NCBI GenBank assembly: GCA_012295275.1
Contig: CM022665.1
Coordinates: forward strand, 35,340,001 to 35,404,000
Reading direction: 5' to 3'
Length of the DNA stretch: 64,000 bases
From: Chrysomallon squamiferum
Taxonomy: Eukaryota; Animalia; Mollusca
Shown in pieces: positions 24,646 through 39,000 of the stretch; the first letter of the stretch is position 1, and each line of letters begins with the position of its first letter. The notes below the pieces were generated by a model that was not told the DNA's origin, ran no database searches, and worked only from the letters and a program-made list of their open reading frames with translations. The position numbers were made by a program, and so were the translations under genes.

Positions 24646-25598
24646 ACAGGTCAAATTCAAATGAATCTATGTATGTATCAATCAGTCGATCTATCTATCT
24701 ATCTATCTAGCCTAAAGGAATACAAATAAATTAACTGGGAAAAGTGTGTGATAAAATCTGTTTTTTATCCAACTTTTTAAATATGATGCAAAATAATGAT
24801 TCACTAAATGGCATATTACGAAAGTTTATTTATTTAATTATTTACTTTTTCCTTTCTTCTACACAGGTGAAATTCAATTTTTAATATCTTGTACTTTGGT
24901 CAGTATATTTAACAACTTTAGCTGTCTTTCAATAGTGTCTTTCAAAACAGTCATGATAAAAAATGTTTAAAGGTAGACTGAGTACCTTTATTGGACTGGC
25001 GTTATAAGATAATGCTTAAACATAGTTATATAAACATATCTAGTTCCTTGGCATTTGAATTCACAATTCTCATGAAAAATGTTTACAAAAGATTATTTCA
25101 TTTATTTTAAAATGTAATGGATAATTGGTATAATCTTTGACGACGCTCTCTCCCTTGCATTCTAACCCTCCCACCTAAATGCGAAAGAAATGTTTGCACA
25201 CAGATATGCGATAACTAATTGTTCTCTCATTCATCTGTCATTTAAAACTAACTCCATTATGATCTGTTGTTTGCAGTACTTACTCGGATACAACTCTTTG
25301 GCGAAATCTGCAGTTTTGCCCTCGGCATGCATGCTGAATAATTACATCGATTGTTGCAGCTAAGAAAACAAGACAAAAATAAATAATAAATAAATAAATA
25401 AATAAAAACCTCACATACAAACACACACACTTTTACGTACATATATACACAGTCATAATGATTATAATCCTGTGAACGAAGTTTAAGGTAAAAAAAGCAA
25501 CAAAATAAAACTAGTAACAGAAAAAAGTTTTAATAGTTATTAACAATTCTTTTCTTTGAGAAATATTATATTTTTTAGTTATTTAGTATTTATGGATT

Positions 25599-26909
25599 CT
25601 AGCCAGATGGCGCTTTCTTCGCATCCCAACAGCACGTGCCTCGAGGACCACGTGGTTTCTCACCGTCGGCGTAGTGACGACTTGGTGGATCTTCACATCG
25701 TGTATGCATGGGACACTGCCAGTCTTCTGTACAACGAATAGCCTCTTGGTTTATATTCTGTATTGGCAGACCCTGAGTACACTGATGTAACACTGGTGGT
25801 TCAACATCACCTATAAACAACGAATGAACAGTGATGACGAGAAGGTGGAGGAACAGAAGGGAAACAATACAAAATAATAACAAATAATAACAACGATAAT
25901 AATGTATATATCTTATATAATTATATTAAATTTTGGGCAGTACTTTGATGGATTTATTTATTTTTAAATGGTAGAGTTGCTTACTGTAACAGAAGGGTTC
26001 TGGCATACAAGACTGACCAGAACATCCGGGCACTGCAACCACTCGACAAAATGGCAACTCTCTTGAACACTCATAATCCTGAAACATGAAAATGTTTTAA
26101 AAATATGCGTTTTCGTTTTAAACTCAAAACACACGCACACACACACATACACACATATACACACACAGGCTCTATACAGATAGAGAGATGCGCGGGTAAA
26201 AGTTTTAAGAACTTACATGACAGGGATATCTTTCGAAATAATACGATGATCTTGCGGACGCACATATTAAAAGCTGAAATAATAATAATAATAATAATAA
26301 TAATATATTATAAACCTGACAAACAGTATTATAATTATTACTGTAATGTCTATCATTATGTGAAAGAACAATATAATTATTTCAGTTTTTTTACAAATTA
26401 TTTTTCAAAATGATAAAAATTGTCTTTTTAATATAAATCAAGCGTTTATTATTATTTTTTTAAATTTTAAATTGAAAACTTTTTCAGATTCAAATAAATA
26501 AATAAATAAATTACAAAAGAAACATAACACACGCGTTAACTACATTTACAGATAAATGTATTTAATTTTTAGCATCCAATTCTAATACTAGAAAAATAAA
26601 ATGTGCTGTTTCTTTTATTCTTCTTCTTCTTTTATTTATTTATTTATTTAATTTTTTTTTTTTTTTTTAATGTTTGTTTATTTGTTTATTTATTTGTTGG
26701 AGACGGGTTTTTGTTTGGATTTCAGTTGAATATATAAATTAAATAATTAAATATGAAATAAATAAAACCCCAAAACAACAACGATTTAATATAAACTGAA
26801 ATGTAAGCGAAGGAGCGGCAGAATCCTAAATCAAAAGTGGAAACGCTTATGTAATTATATATCCAATATGCAGTTATTTAAATAAATAAATAAAACTAAA
26901 ATTTGAAAG

Positions 26910-26940
<31 letters not shown>

Positions 26941-27140
26941 TATTTTTGTACTTTGTAGATTGAAAAGAGTCTCCACCATTTAGGAAAAACAAAAATAATA
27001 ATATTAATTACAGTATATATATTTTTTTCTTTTACGATACTAAATTTTCGTAGCCTTTACAGTTACACATTAACATTCTAATATATAAATATACTTACCA
27101 TCAAATTTGCTGCTATTTTCTTTTCAATGTTAAGAACCAT
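25599..27140 (-). CDS. Small secreted cysteine-rich protein (134 aa): 6-Cys module plus lustrin-type cysteine-rich repeat
   Basis: Minus-strand exons 27140-27099, 26273-26217, 26078-25985, 25810-25599; donors gtaagt/gtaagt/gtaagc, phases 0,0,1. Protein: MVLNIEKKIAANLMLLICASA-RSSYYFERYPCHDYECSRELPFCRVVAVPGCSGQSCMPEPFCYSDVEPPVLHQCTQGLPIQNINQEAIRCTEDWQCPMHTRCEDPPSRHYADGEKPRGPRGTCCWDAKKAPSG*. First exon is the least certain. Confidence 0.8.
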
Positions 27141-27449
27141 ATCGCTATAACAACAGGGGCACGCAGTGAAGAATAGTGAATTACAGAAAATATTTTAACT
27201 TTTTATACTTTCATTCGTTAAAAAATACTGTCAGAAAAGTAGCAATGAAAATTATATATATATATTTTTTTATGTGACACGACGTAAATAGATCTCTGTT
27301 GGCTTATAAATGAAGGTTTATTTATAAAAAGTGACAAATATGCGGTGAAACAAAAGTTAAAGGTCAGATGTTTAAAACACTACGAATAACGAAGAGAAAT
27401 GGATTGTAAAGGTCTTGTCTGAACTACAGAGATGCCATTTATTTATTTA

Positions 27450-27488
<39 letters not shown>

Positions 27489-27637
27489 TAATTCGTATTT
27501 CATCCATTTATTTATTGAAATATTTATATTTATTTTATCTTATTTTTAGTTTTTCTTAATTTATTTAATTTTTAAGATGAATATTGAACGTCTAGGATCA
27601 GATATAAGTTCGATAAAATTATAATTTTAATTACAAT

Positions 27638-27678
<41 letters not shown>

Positions 27679-29745
27679 TTATTTATTTATTTATTTATTT
27701 TGATTATTAAAAGTTCGATTAGTTTTTAGATATAGAACTAATTTTAACTTAAAGAAAATTTGTACGTCATTTTTATTTTTTTAAAGAAGGGGGAAAAGGA
27801 AAAGGGGAAAATTAATAATAATAATAATAATAATAACTAGAGTAACTACAGAAATTGTCTGAACGTCATAATCTGTACTTTTGAAAAACTGGTATTATTG
27901 TTTATAAAACATTATTATGTACTTAAAAATACGTTCAAAACGTAGCTGAGAGCATGGATTAAATTAGCATTCACAGGTCATTGAATTTTAATTATTTATT
28001 TTTATTTTTTTTCCCCTTCCATACATAGGTAATATATGTATAGTTTTATTAAGCTTTATTATTAGCACAGGTTGATGGTAGAAAAAAAAATTAAAACAAA
28101 TAATAAAAACAAAAAAATACATTATTAAGATAAAAAATTATTATTTGAAAGAAAACTAATAACAGAATTGGGGAATATAACCACAAATAGATTTATTAAA
28201 ATTATTATCTCAACGCTTCTTAGCTCTGTTGTTTTTTTCTGCATCATACGAAAATTAAAAAATTAGAAGAAATTAAAGCTTCCTTTGTGATTTATATAGT
28301 ATGAATTTAGTTGTCATAATTTAATAATTGTTTCTTCAGAAAAAATTATCCAGTCTGATAATGTTCTGCTATCTATATTGTTTTTACAAATTTATATTTA
28401 CTGAGCAAGAAGTACGTAAGTAATATCTTTATGCCAACAGAATAAATGAAATGAATGAACAAATTATTAATATATCTGTTTATTACCTTATAAAGGAAAT
28501 ATGAACAGCATCCATGTTGATAAACTGAATGTTGTGTTTCACAACTGTTATTGTATTAAAACATTTTGCAAGCATGCATGGCTTCAATTACTAACATTAA
28601 AACAAATATTTCTATATAAATATCCAGTACCTACATACCAAAAAAAGCACTTATAAATAAGGACACTTAGGTTAAAATAAATACATATTATAAATTACAA
28701 ATGAATGAAAATATTATTAAATATAGATTTAAATGATGCCAAATACAACATTTGCATAATTATATACAGAACTATCATGATTCTCTCTCTCTCTATATAT
28801 ATATAATTATAATAATTAAAAAAAATATAATAATAATAACAAAAAAAAATAAAAATAAAAATAAATAAATCAAATAAAACCAAATTAAAATACATAAAAA
28901 AAAAATTTGGTAAAATAAAAAAAATAAAAAATATGGCTGGACAGAATACCTATCAATCTGACATGAAGTTTTTTGTCTGGTGATGTCTTATCATGATGAG
29001 CTGTAGTCAGTTTAGTGAGGGTCAAATATGACACACATATCCGACAAAGTAAGAAAAAACAGTTGAGATAAAACTGCTGCAGTTATAGATTTTTGTAGTA
29101 TAACTATAATATGCATAATTCATATTACCTTAAAATGATTTTAAATCAAATGAAAAGTATTATTATAAATTAAGCAATGAAACACTAGTTGTCATATAAT
29201 AAGTTCATTTAATCATTAATTAGACAAATATATAATCTGTTAACATTAAATGATCTTGAAAACAAGGATTATAAAAAGTAATCAGTATTTTTCATCACGA
29301 AGAAATAAAATGCAACTTAGAATTCCAAGGAAAAACCAGAAAATTAGTTTTCAGGTTTTATCTCCAAGGAGGGATTTTAAATGAAAGCGAAGGCAGTTTG
29401 AGTTCATGAATGAAATATTCAAGATGATGACAATGATTTTTGTACAAAAAATTAATTTAAAAATATATATTACATGAATCATGATATAGAAACTAATGAT
29501 TTTTATCATTTAGATGTTTAGCAGTGCTGCATTCTTCAACTCAATAATCTTTTTTCATGCATCTGATTTAATTGTTCATGTTCACAATTCAATTTATTTT
29601 TTCCATGAACACATTATTCAACTGTCTGTATCTGTTGTTTTTTACTCTCAATAAACACATCACAGTATGCTCTGAATAAAATGGAGACTTTTATAGTCTG
29701 ATAACGGCTATTCCATTGAGACATATATTTTACTTAAATCTTTTC

Positions 29746-30433
29746 CTATCTTCGTTTCTCAAACTCTCTACGAATCCATTCAGAATCTTGGTAAAAAACA
29801 GGGTCACTTAATTTCAATGCAGTTCTTTTATAGAAATGATAATATAACACAGCAGCTGAAAAATAAATATTACATTAAAAATAAATCACATTGAATTTGT
29901 ATTCATTTAGAATAATGCATTTTCTTTTTTGAGATGTCATTTTAATTCTTCAATTATATGAAATAATTATTTAATTCACAGAAAGTTTCTATACATTAAA
30001 TAAGTAAACCCCAATTTTTTTTTATATATATATATTTATACAAATTAATACAGTTTGTGAATTTAATGCATTATTTTTGAACCACAGTAATTTCTACAAA
30101 AAAGGGAAGTACCATCTGATGCACATTAAGAGGGCCATATTTACAGACATATAAAAAAAATTCTGATTTGATGCACTATTCATCATTGAGAATCTAAGTA
30201 TCAGCCAACAGTCAGTATTCCAGTATCAGTCAAAATCATAGCAGTGATAGGCTTGCTAAGATTAGCAAATACATTTTTGTGACTTGACAATAACTTAATA
30301 GAAATACCTGTTCTTTGGAAGATATGCAACACTCTATATCCCATGTTGTCCCAGATATATTTATTTGGATCATCCCACCTTAGTGTCTGAAACAGTTATT
30401 TAAATATTGTTGTAATACAATTAGAAGAAAGAA

Positions 30434-30481
<48 letters not shown>

Positions 30482-32927
30482 TTAAAATTCACTAACAATA
30501 ATTAACAAGTAATAGAAATATATACATACATACATATATATATAACACACACACACACACACACACACACAAATACGTATTATATAAACATACAATTAAA
30601 TATGTCTGAGAAATTACAAAATTAAAACATAAATTGGATACATTCAGTTTTGATATACTAGCATCATTTTGATAGACTGAATGTTATTTATTAGTTTTGT
30701 CAATGAAATTCTCCATCAGATACTTAAAAATTAAGGTGTAATTGTAAAAAAAAAAAAAAAATGTTTTGCATATACTATTACTGGCAACAGCAGAGTTAAA
30801 TTAGTAAAATGAACAAATAAATATTATTGACCTGTAATACCAAATTCCTGAAAGTAACTATACACAGCTATACAAGAATGTTTTTATTAGTAGCATAAGG
30901 TATTTAACAACTTCATAAGCAACAATAGATATGTATTAACTGAAATTTGTAAACTAAGTGCTGAAAAACATAAAAGAAGTGTGATAGCTAAAACTAAAAC
31001 ATACAGAGTGATGCTAAAGCTAGAAATTTAAATTAATGTTGGGTAAATAAAACTTCAGAGATGAAATCTATACAATTCTGGGTGGATTTCATTGGACTGT
31101 AAAATGTTCTGGAACTTTTTTTACTCACTCATTTACTACAAACTATGCATTTTAAAAAATAGTAACAAAATGAAATAAAAAGTTGAAGAAATCATTGTTG
31201 AAATTCATACCTGATTCAAAATCTATGAATGCAAAGATAACAAAACAAGTCTAAACAAGCATACCAAACATTTCAATTTTACAAATATTTACAAATATGC
31301 CTTAAGTTACAATGGAACAGCAAGAAAACATTGCTGCATTTAAATATTAAAAATTAAAACTAAATAGTAACTTGGATATATTACTGATGGCAAAAATTAT
31401 ATTTTACTTTTATTTAAATATTATTATGCAGAATAACAATATTTTATTTTACACAGCTTCAAATTATGTTTTAGATTTTTTTTTTTCATATTAGATTAAT
31501 GTACAGTTATTATAATATTATACACTTTACATAGAATACATGTAGGTAATAAACTGCTAAGGCATAATATAATTTATTTAAAATAATCTGACTCAATTAC
31601 TTCTTACTGAGTTTTCACTCCCTACATTTTCTCTATTCGACCAATATAATTGAATCTTAATTTTAATTCCAACATTTATCGATAGTACTGCAACAAAATT
31701 AAATATACAATTACAGTTTAATGTTCAGTTAATTCCATTTATTATCTTTTCACATAAAGTGCTAAGAGATTGACTAAATATAGATTTTCACACTAAAATA
31801 CTACTTGTTAAAAATGAATTAAAAATAGCATATATGGTTATTACTTAGTATAAAGCATTCCTGTGACATTCTCCGAGACATTAAATAGTTTCATACTAAT
31901 CTGAAACTATGAATGTGTGTGTAACTTACCCTTGCCTTGTGATATGGTATAGTAATTTTAGCTTAAACTAATCAGCATTTCTATTTAATAAATTGCAGAG
32001 ATGAAGAAATATACAGTTAAAATGTAAAGCTTACCATTCCATAAACATGGAGACCAATGCAGAGAGCAAAGTACACAAAGGTGACTGAAATTGCAATTCT
32101 GAATTTGGTCACAAGTATGCTAACAAGACCTGCCTGGAATATGTATGTGTTGAAAAACATCAGGAAGACAACTATCACTGCAAACAGGATACAGATATCT
32201 TGAATACTGAAATAAAAATAAATATTTTATCTATGTATGTATTTAAAACACACACAGAAAATAAGTTGTAAATAATGCAGGGGTGTGGATGAATTGCCTC
32301 TCTACAGTTACAAAAGTCATCTGTTTCCAGTTCTAACTGTCTGGGCACAGTAACAGAGTTTTCTTTAGTTTATTTAAGTTAATGCTTGATGATAAAAAGT
32401 TTCTATTTCACATAAATATCAATTAACTAGTAAAAGTTATTATTGTATTAATTATGACTTGTTAAATTTATGCATTGAAATAAATAAAATAAATTATTTT
32501 GTTCAGAATAAATATTTTGTAAGCAAACTTTTGAGCTGAGATTGGGATAGCTTAGTTTTTCAATGTTTCATTGTACATTGCTTTTTATTTATTTCAGAAA
32601 TAACAGTATTAAAATATTGTTAAAAAAATACATTCAAATTACGTATTTGCTGCCTATGAAATATAAATGGATTTCATGTTTTAGAAAAGTGTTTCATTCT
32701 CAAACTATACCATCATTTACAAAATGTGACAGATATCCTGTTTCTAGTATTTTGGATAACAAATACATAACCAGTAGTTCAGCACAAATATTTACTTACA
32801 CAAACAGTATAAGAAGTACTACATTCTGGAATCTCAACATCTCTGTGAATGAGTTCATAAACAAGTCTACACACAACAGCAGATACTGGAGGTACAGAAT
32901 AGGACGGTATCGATTTACCAACATCAT
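29746..32927 (-). CDS. TMEM138: Transmembrane protein 138 (ciliary), 162 aa, 4 coding exons
   Basis: Exons 32927-32800, 32206-32035, 30386-30308, 29855-29746 (128+172+79+110 = 489 nt). [31 protein letters not shown]...IQDICILF...[15 protein letters not shown]...[11 protein letters not shown]...[40 protein letters not shown] matches TMEM138 as recalled along its whole length. Confidence 0.96.
30434..30481. repeat. (AAT)n microsatellite
   Basis: Perfect trinucleotide run in a TMEM138 intron. Confidence 0.95.
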
Positions 32928-33399
32928 TTTGTCGTTTCACCTGTAATATCTGTTTTTACTGAAAACCCTTCTCAAATAAACCTGGAATGAAACCAATATG
33001 TATAATGTATTGCTCCTGAGCTTTTAGTTGCGTATTTTATTAATGGCACTCAAATTTTATTTAACTTAATTCTATGCTTTAATAATAAAAAAAAAAATAA
33101 TAATAATAAATAAATAAATAAATGCAATACCTATTGCTATTATTCAGATTCATAGCCAGCTTACAAATTAAATCCTTAATGTTGTAAAAAAAGGTTTTAT
33201 TTATTTATATTAGCTGTATATTTCTTACTAGTTTTAGGTCCAGACACTTCGTTGGATAATTCATTTTATGTGCATGAAATGTCGTGATAACATTACTTTT
33301 ACATATCTCACCACATTAATTTCAATTTTTGCAAAACCAACTACTAAAATATCTTAATTTTAATACATATATTTGTTAAACAGACCCACATATTAGGAT

Positions 33400-35630
33400 T
33401 TAACTACCACAAAAGAAGAACCACACATATTTTTGAACACGAAAGTGCTTCAATGTTTACGGTCGATACAGGAATTCACGAATAATCTCGCACAATCTCG
33501 TTTTATCCTCGCCTAGTATTACAATATAGTATTTTACTATTTAACATAATGATACTCATAACCATGAATGGGATGTCCGTTGAACTGCAATTTTTTCACC
33601 GTAATAGTATTTTAATATTATAACTTTTTAATTTTAACCCTGTAATATGAAATATTTAATATACTGACCACTTTTAATATTAAAATATCAAAATAAAACA
33701 GTGTTAGTCCATAAGTCAATTACTGATCATATGCGCTGTTTAGGAAAATTCAAGAGCTTGCTTTTGACCTAAAGGAATGATTAATTCCCCCAAATCTTTG
33801 GGTCGAACGTGTACTGTATTAATATCTTAGCAGTACGTGTCAGTATATTGAAACAAATTTAAGAGTAAGCAAATTACCTTAAAATGTTCTTGTATTTCTT
33901 GTATTCGTTGTTTTTATTAACTCGCATACATAAATTGAAACGTAATGTATCGGACATCGTGTGCAGAAGTACAGTGTTAACGGACAAAATGTCCACAACT
34001 TAAAAGGCTTGTATTGTTTAACTTTTGTTCGGTAATTTTCTGTTTGTTAATGCATATAATTTTACGGAAACTCAATCTTTCTATTAAATGTGCGTTAACA
34101 TGAAGTTATTTCCCTTATAACGTGAATTAATGAAGTAAATCGATTTCATCAAGACTACTAAAGAACAAGACCAGACATGTAGGTCACGTGGAGGTGAATT
34201 TCAAAGAAGTATGAATAAAAAAAAAAAATTTAGCCATCTCCTTAAGATCTCATCACAAATGATACAATTTACTCTAATATAATGATAAATACAGCTAATA
34301 TTACTTATAAATACTCGGTTCACGATTATGGTTTAGTTGAACAAGTATGTACTACAGGACTGTTGATTTTGTAATATAGACTAAACAGTGCATAATTATG
34401 TGTACTTGTGTAACTACGGAAATATTGTATATATGTGTCTATGTGCGTGTGTGAGAAAACTACAATAAAGAAAGAAACACAACACCCCTCACAACAAATT
34501 AGTATATGATAATAAATAAATAAATAATAGTAATGATAATATATATTTTTAGTAAAATCATTCATTAATTAAAATATATAGTGGTGATAATACTAGAATA
34601 TTAAGAAGAAGAGAATAAACCGAAATTAGAACGAAATAAGATAGGAAAAATTAATTGCTATTATATTTTATTTTAAATACGGAAAAAATAAAAAAATAAA
34701 CTGAATAACTATATAAACAAAACCGATTTGTGCTTTTAAGAACGGAACACCACCACGATTTACCTTTTCTTAGGCTTATAAACCTGTGGTTTTTGCCATA
34801 ACCGGAATTCGGTATCTGTTAGCAATAATTTCAGGTCTAACGCTTAGATCGTTTGAAAGAAAGAGGAAAAAAAGGCTAGTTTATATCAACATCATTGGTC
34901 ATGGATGACAAGAGGCGGGAAATGATTTAGATTTTGAGCTATTGCATTATTTTAACAGTTCACTAGTAACTAGCACGGATTTATAATGTATGATTATAAA
35001 TTATTATCGACTTGTTTAAAAGATTGTTTTAGTATAAACGTAGCATTTTCTTTTCAAGAAAATAAGTCTTGATGTCCTGATTTTATGTGTTACCGTGGTA
35101 GCTGAATATTCATTATGAATCAACTAATCATATAATGTAGCTTGTAAGAATGTTCCTTAGTAAAGATGAAGTTAAAAATGAAAACATTGAGCACACAAAC
35201 ATAATTATTATCGTTATTGTTATAATGATTTAAATGTTTTGCTTCGAAATATAAAATTAATAAATACAATCACACTATTTTATTGTTAATAATGTTTAAA
35301 AAAACGAAACAAAAACAAAACATTCGGCAATCTTACACTTACAGACGATTGTAAATTCAGATAGAAGTTTTTAATCTTCATTAAATTAAACTAAAGGAGG
35401 TAATATATTTTTGGCTCCCGTTTATATTATATATAATATAGAGAAGTAAATATATAAAATAGATAATATTAGATACTTTCGTTATTTATAACTATTTTTA
35501 ACCAGTTGCTCGTTTCGTCAGATAAACTGATAAATAAGAACCAAAAATCAGTCTTGAAGTTGGTGTTTAGAAATTTTATTGTTCTGGCAAGACTATGACA
35601 AATACTAATGGACTGAAATTCAAATCTGTG
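33400..35630. promoter_or_regulatory. Divergent promoter region of TMEM138 and TUBGCP2
   Basis: CpG-retaining interval between two head-to-head start codons; X-box-like GTTACCGTGGTAGC at 35089-35102; probable TUBGCP2 5'UTR donor CT|gtgagt at 35628 and acceptor before 36020. Confidence 0.55.
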
Positions 35631-36066
35631 AGTAAATCAACAGGAAGAAATGCAATAATTTTAGCAACTGGCAAACATACTTAGATTACAGATACTGAGA
35701 AGTATGATTTGAATCTTTAAAACATATTATTTCATCACTGACCTGATAGAAACATTTTGTTTTTTTAAAAACTGATTTAAAAAAAGAATTAGGTTTCTGT
35801 TGACAGAAAAAGTTTAAGTAGGCATATGAGTGTCCAGATAAGATGAGTCATGTACTGTTAGTAATACAGACAGCAAAAATGTGAACAAATGTAACATTCA
35901 AAAAATTATGTTATTATGATCTTTAATTTTATATTTGATTATTGAAAACATTTTGTAAATTTAAACACAAAATCATTTATGCATAAAGCAAAATTAATTA
36001 TATAATTTTTTTCCTTCAGGTTCATTGTTATTGTTTGAAAAAGTAAAACTTCAAACAAAGTGAGCT

Positions 36067-39000
36067 ATGAGTGAGTTCAAAGTTCATCACCATGTGAGTG
36101 AGTTGATGAATCTTTTAGGGTATGTCACTAATAATTATTATTATTTATTGTTTTCTGATCGTTTCCTTTTGTCATGTTACACCAGAGAAAAATAGATGAT
36201 TTTAGAGAAATAATTTTATTTTGTCTTCTTAGTGTGCTGAAAAAAATAATGGGACTAGTTTTCAAGAAAATATTTTCTGATTCCAGTATTCAAAACAGAA
36301 AAATAAAAGATTTTTCACAAAATATAAAATGTCAGTAGAATCTGTTCAATGTCTTTTTTTTACCCCTTTTTAAACCTCTAGAGAAATTGTTTTGTTTAAA
36401 ACAATTTTTGTTATTTTTATATCTGAAGCTAGATGGATTATAAAATGCTTTTCTGTTTATCAGCTAATTAATTTCGATTATAACTGTATGACTGTCAGTG
36501 ACAGTGTGTAACAGAACACACCCAGTATATCTGCAAATTAACTTTACTATCACAGTATCATTATTCAATGTTTTGTCATTAGAATGTTTTTAAAATTATC
36601 ATTTTGTTTTTAAAGAGAGTAGTTAAATATATTTCAATTGTTTGTTTGGTGACAGATGACTGCATTTTAAGTTTGTTTTATTACTGTTTTTTGTTGTAAA
36701 TAAATTAAAAATATTCTTTTCTTTAAAAAAAAAAAAAAATATATATATAAATAAAAAAAGAAGAGAACAAAATTTAAGATAGTCATCATTATTGTCTTTC
36801 AGTGCAAAGTGATAGGATTTTAATTTTGCTTCATTGGTTTTTTCTTTTTAATAAATGGAAAAATAATCTTTTATTTAAAAAAAAGATTAAATTAATCATA
36901 TTGTTGTTGTTTTTCAGGGTCAGGTCTTGTGATGAAGTTGGTGCTGAGGTGTATACAGAAATGCTTTTAAAGAACACAACCCCTTATATTACAACCCAGG
37001 TAAAATAGCATTTTCTTTTATTAAATAATAATTAATATTTAAAGTTTTTTTCAGTAGTTTAATAACTTACCTTTTGGTTTTAGCATTTAACATAACATGA
37101 TCTGAGTGTCAGTTTCATATAGTCCAATACTTGTAACATAAAAGGGAAAAAAAAAAAAAAAGATACATTATTATAGTGTTTACAGAATAAATTTTATAAG
37201 ATATATAATTATTATGGTAAATGTGTGAAAGAAAAAAGAAACAAAAATATTTAAGCAACAAAAATAAGTTTATATGCTAATTTTGATAAAGCTGATTAAT
37301 ATCATTATGTATCTGAAATTTGAGTTATATATTAAAAAACATAAACCATCTTAAATGAGTTTCTTTTATTGAATAGGTCTTGTTTTATTAATATAAATTT
37401 GATTGATGCTGTTGTTTGTACAAAGGTATCAGCTCACCAGGCTAAAAGGAACATTGCATCTTTAACAAAAACTCCTATTGAATTTTTGGCTAAGTATGAT
37501 GACCTGAAGAGTAAGAAGTAAGTTTTTGTATTACTGTCCAGACATAAATACATTAAAACATAATAAATAAAAAAATCTAATTTTGAAGTGTGATACGTAC
37601 GTTGACCCATAAAATCGGTTGTCAATATGTGTGTTTAAATCAAATGTTATTCAGTAATTATTATGGGTTTTTATTTAAATTGTTTTTATTTGGTATTAAA
37701 TTAATTATTTTCTTCCATTATGCTGTGTATTATTTATAATGGATGACTGTAGCATTCTAATCAGATTGCTGATAAAAATAATAATTAGTGTCTTCAGTTT
37801 ATTTTTTTTATTCAGATACTACAAAAAAAGATAAGAAAAACAACCCATGAATTTATTAAAAATGTTTTTTACAAAGCTGTGCTTTGTCCTGAAATGCAAC
37901 ACAAATAAAACATTCTAAAAATTGAAATTATGTCTTATCATTTATGTAGCAGTTTCTCTGTCATTATATTTCACCGATATGGTTGTAAATTTTCTTTTTT
38001 AAGTGTTCGTGATTTGGATCCATTGGTGTATCTTTTGTCTAAACTTGCTAAAGAAGATACATTACAGGTTGGTGTAAGAGATTATTAACTGTATTTTTTT
38101 ATATTTTTTTTAGATTTTAAAATTTATAATCATACATGATTAATGTTTGAACTGCAAAAGTGATAAATTTTACAAATATCTTTTATTTTATTTTTTAGAA
38201 AATAGTGTAGAACTGTTTAAAGGCATATTTTTTAGATTTTTTTAAAGATTTTATTTTAGTTATTCCCATTGTAGAAATAGCAAAAAAAGACAATTAAAAA
38301 TAAACCATAAACTTTAAGGAAAATATTATATGCTGTCTTATTTACTTATCAGAGCTCATCTTTTACTGATTTTATTTACTGTCCATTTCAACTGCTATAT
38401 TAAAAGATATATATACATTTCCTTTGTAATATGATAATACAAAGTTGAAAGTAGTAGAATATTTTTAGATTTTTCATTTTCAGCTAATCAAACAGTACTT
38501 AAAACATTAAAATGTTTTTGTTTTCTTGTTAGTAACTGATGGTGGGTGATATGAAATACAAAAATTAATTTTTCATTTATTTTATAATAGCAAACAAAGG
38601 AGTTCTTGGAGAAGAATGCTAATGAGAAAGCTGAAAATGCTGGTATGACACTGATGCAGCATGGGAAAATTACATCACAGCTTCCTGCCACTGGAACAAA
38701 AATGTCTGAACAAGAAGTATCAGAAGTATGAGTTAAAATTTAAAATTAGTTTTGGGTTGTTTTGTTTTTTGAGAAATTGAAGTTAGGTACCATATTAAAG
38801 AGATGCTTTTTTCCTCCAAAAAACTACATTAAATGTTCAAGGTCTCAAGTTTCTGACTAATGGATTAAAGTTTGTGTCAAAAATTTGATTATTTTTCAGG
38901 TAAAAGATAAACTTCTACAGCAGGCCAAAGCAGTACCATCTACAACATCATCTGAATTCTTACGCAAAGCTCTGAGAGAAAAGCAGTTAAAGCAGAATGG

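Noticed and set aside
25811-25883. Apparent signal peptide MLLFCIVSLLFLHLLVITVHS in ORF 25599-25883
   Set aside because: Starts at TTG and is the translated polypyrimidine tract before the acceptor at 25810; upstream exons fit better.
32563-32946. 127-aa plus-strand ORF
   Set aside because: Antisense to TMEM138 coding exon 1 and intron; no protein features.
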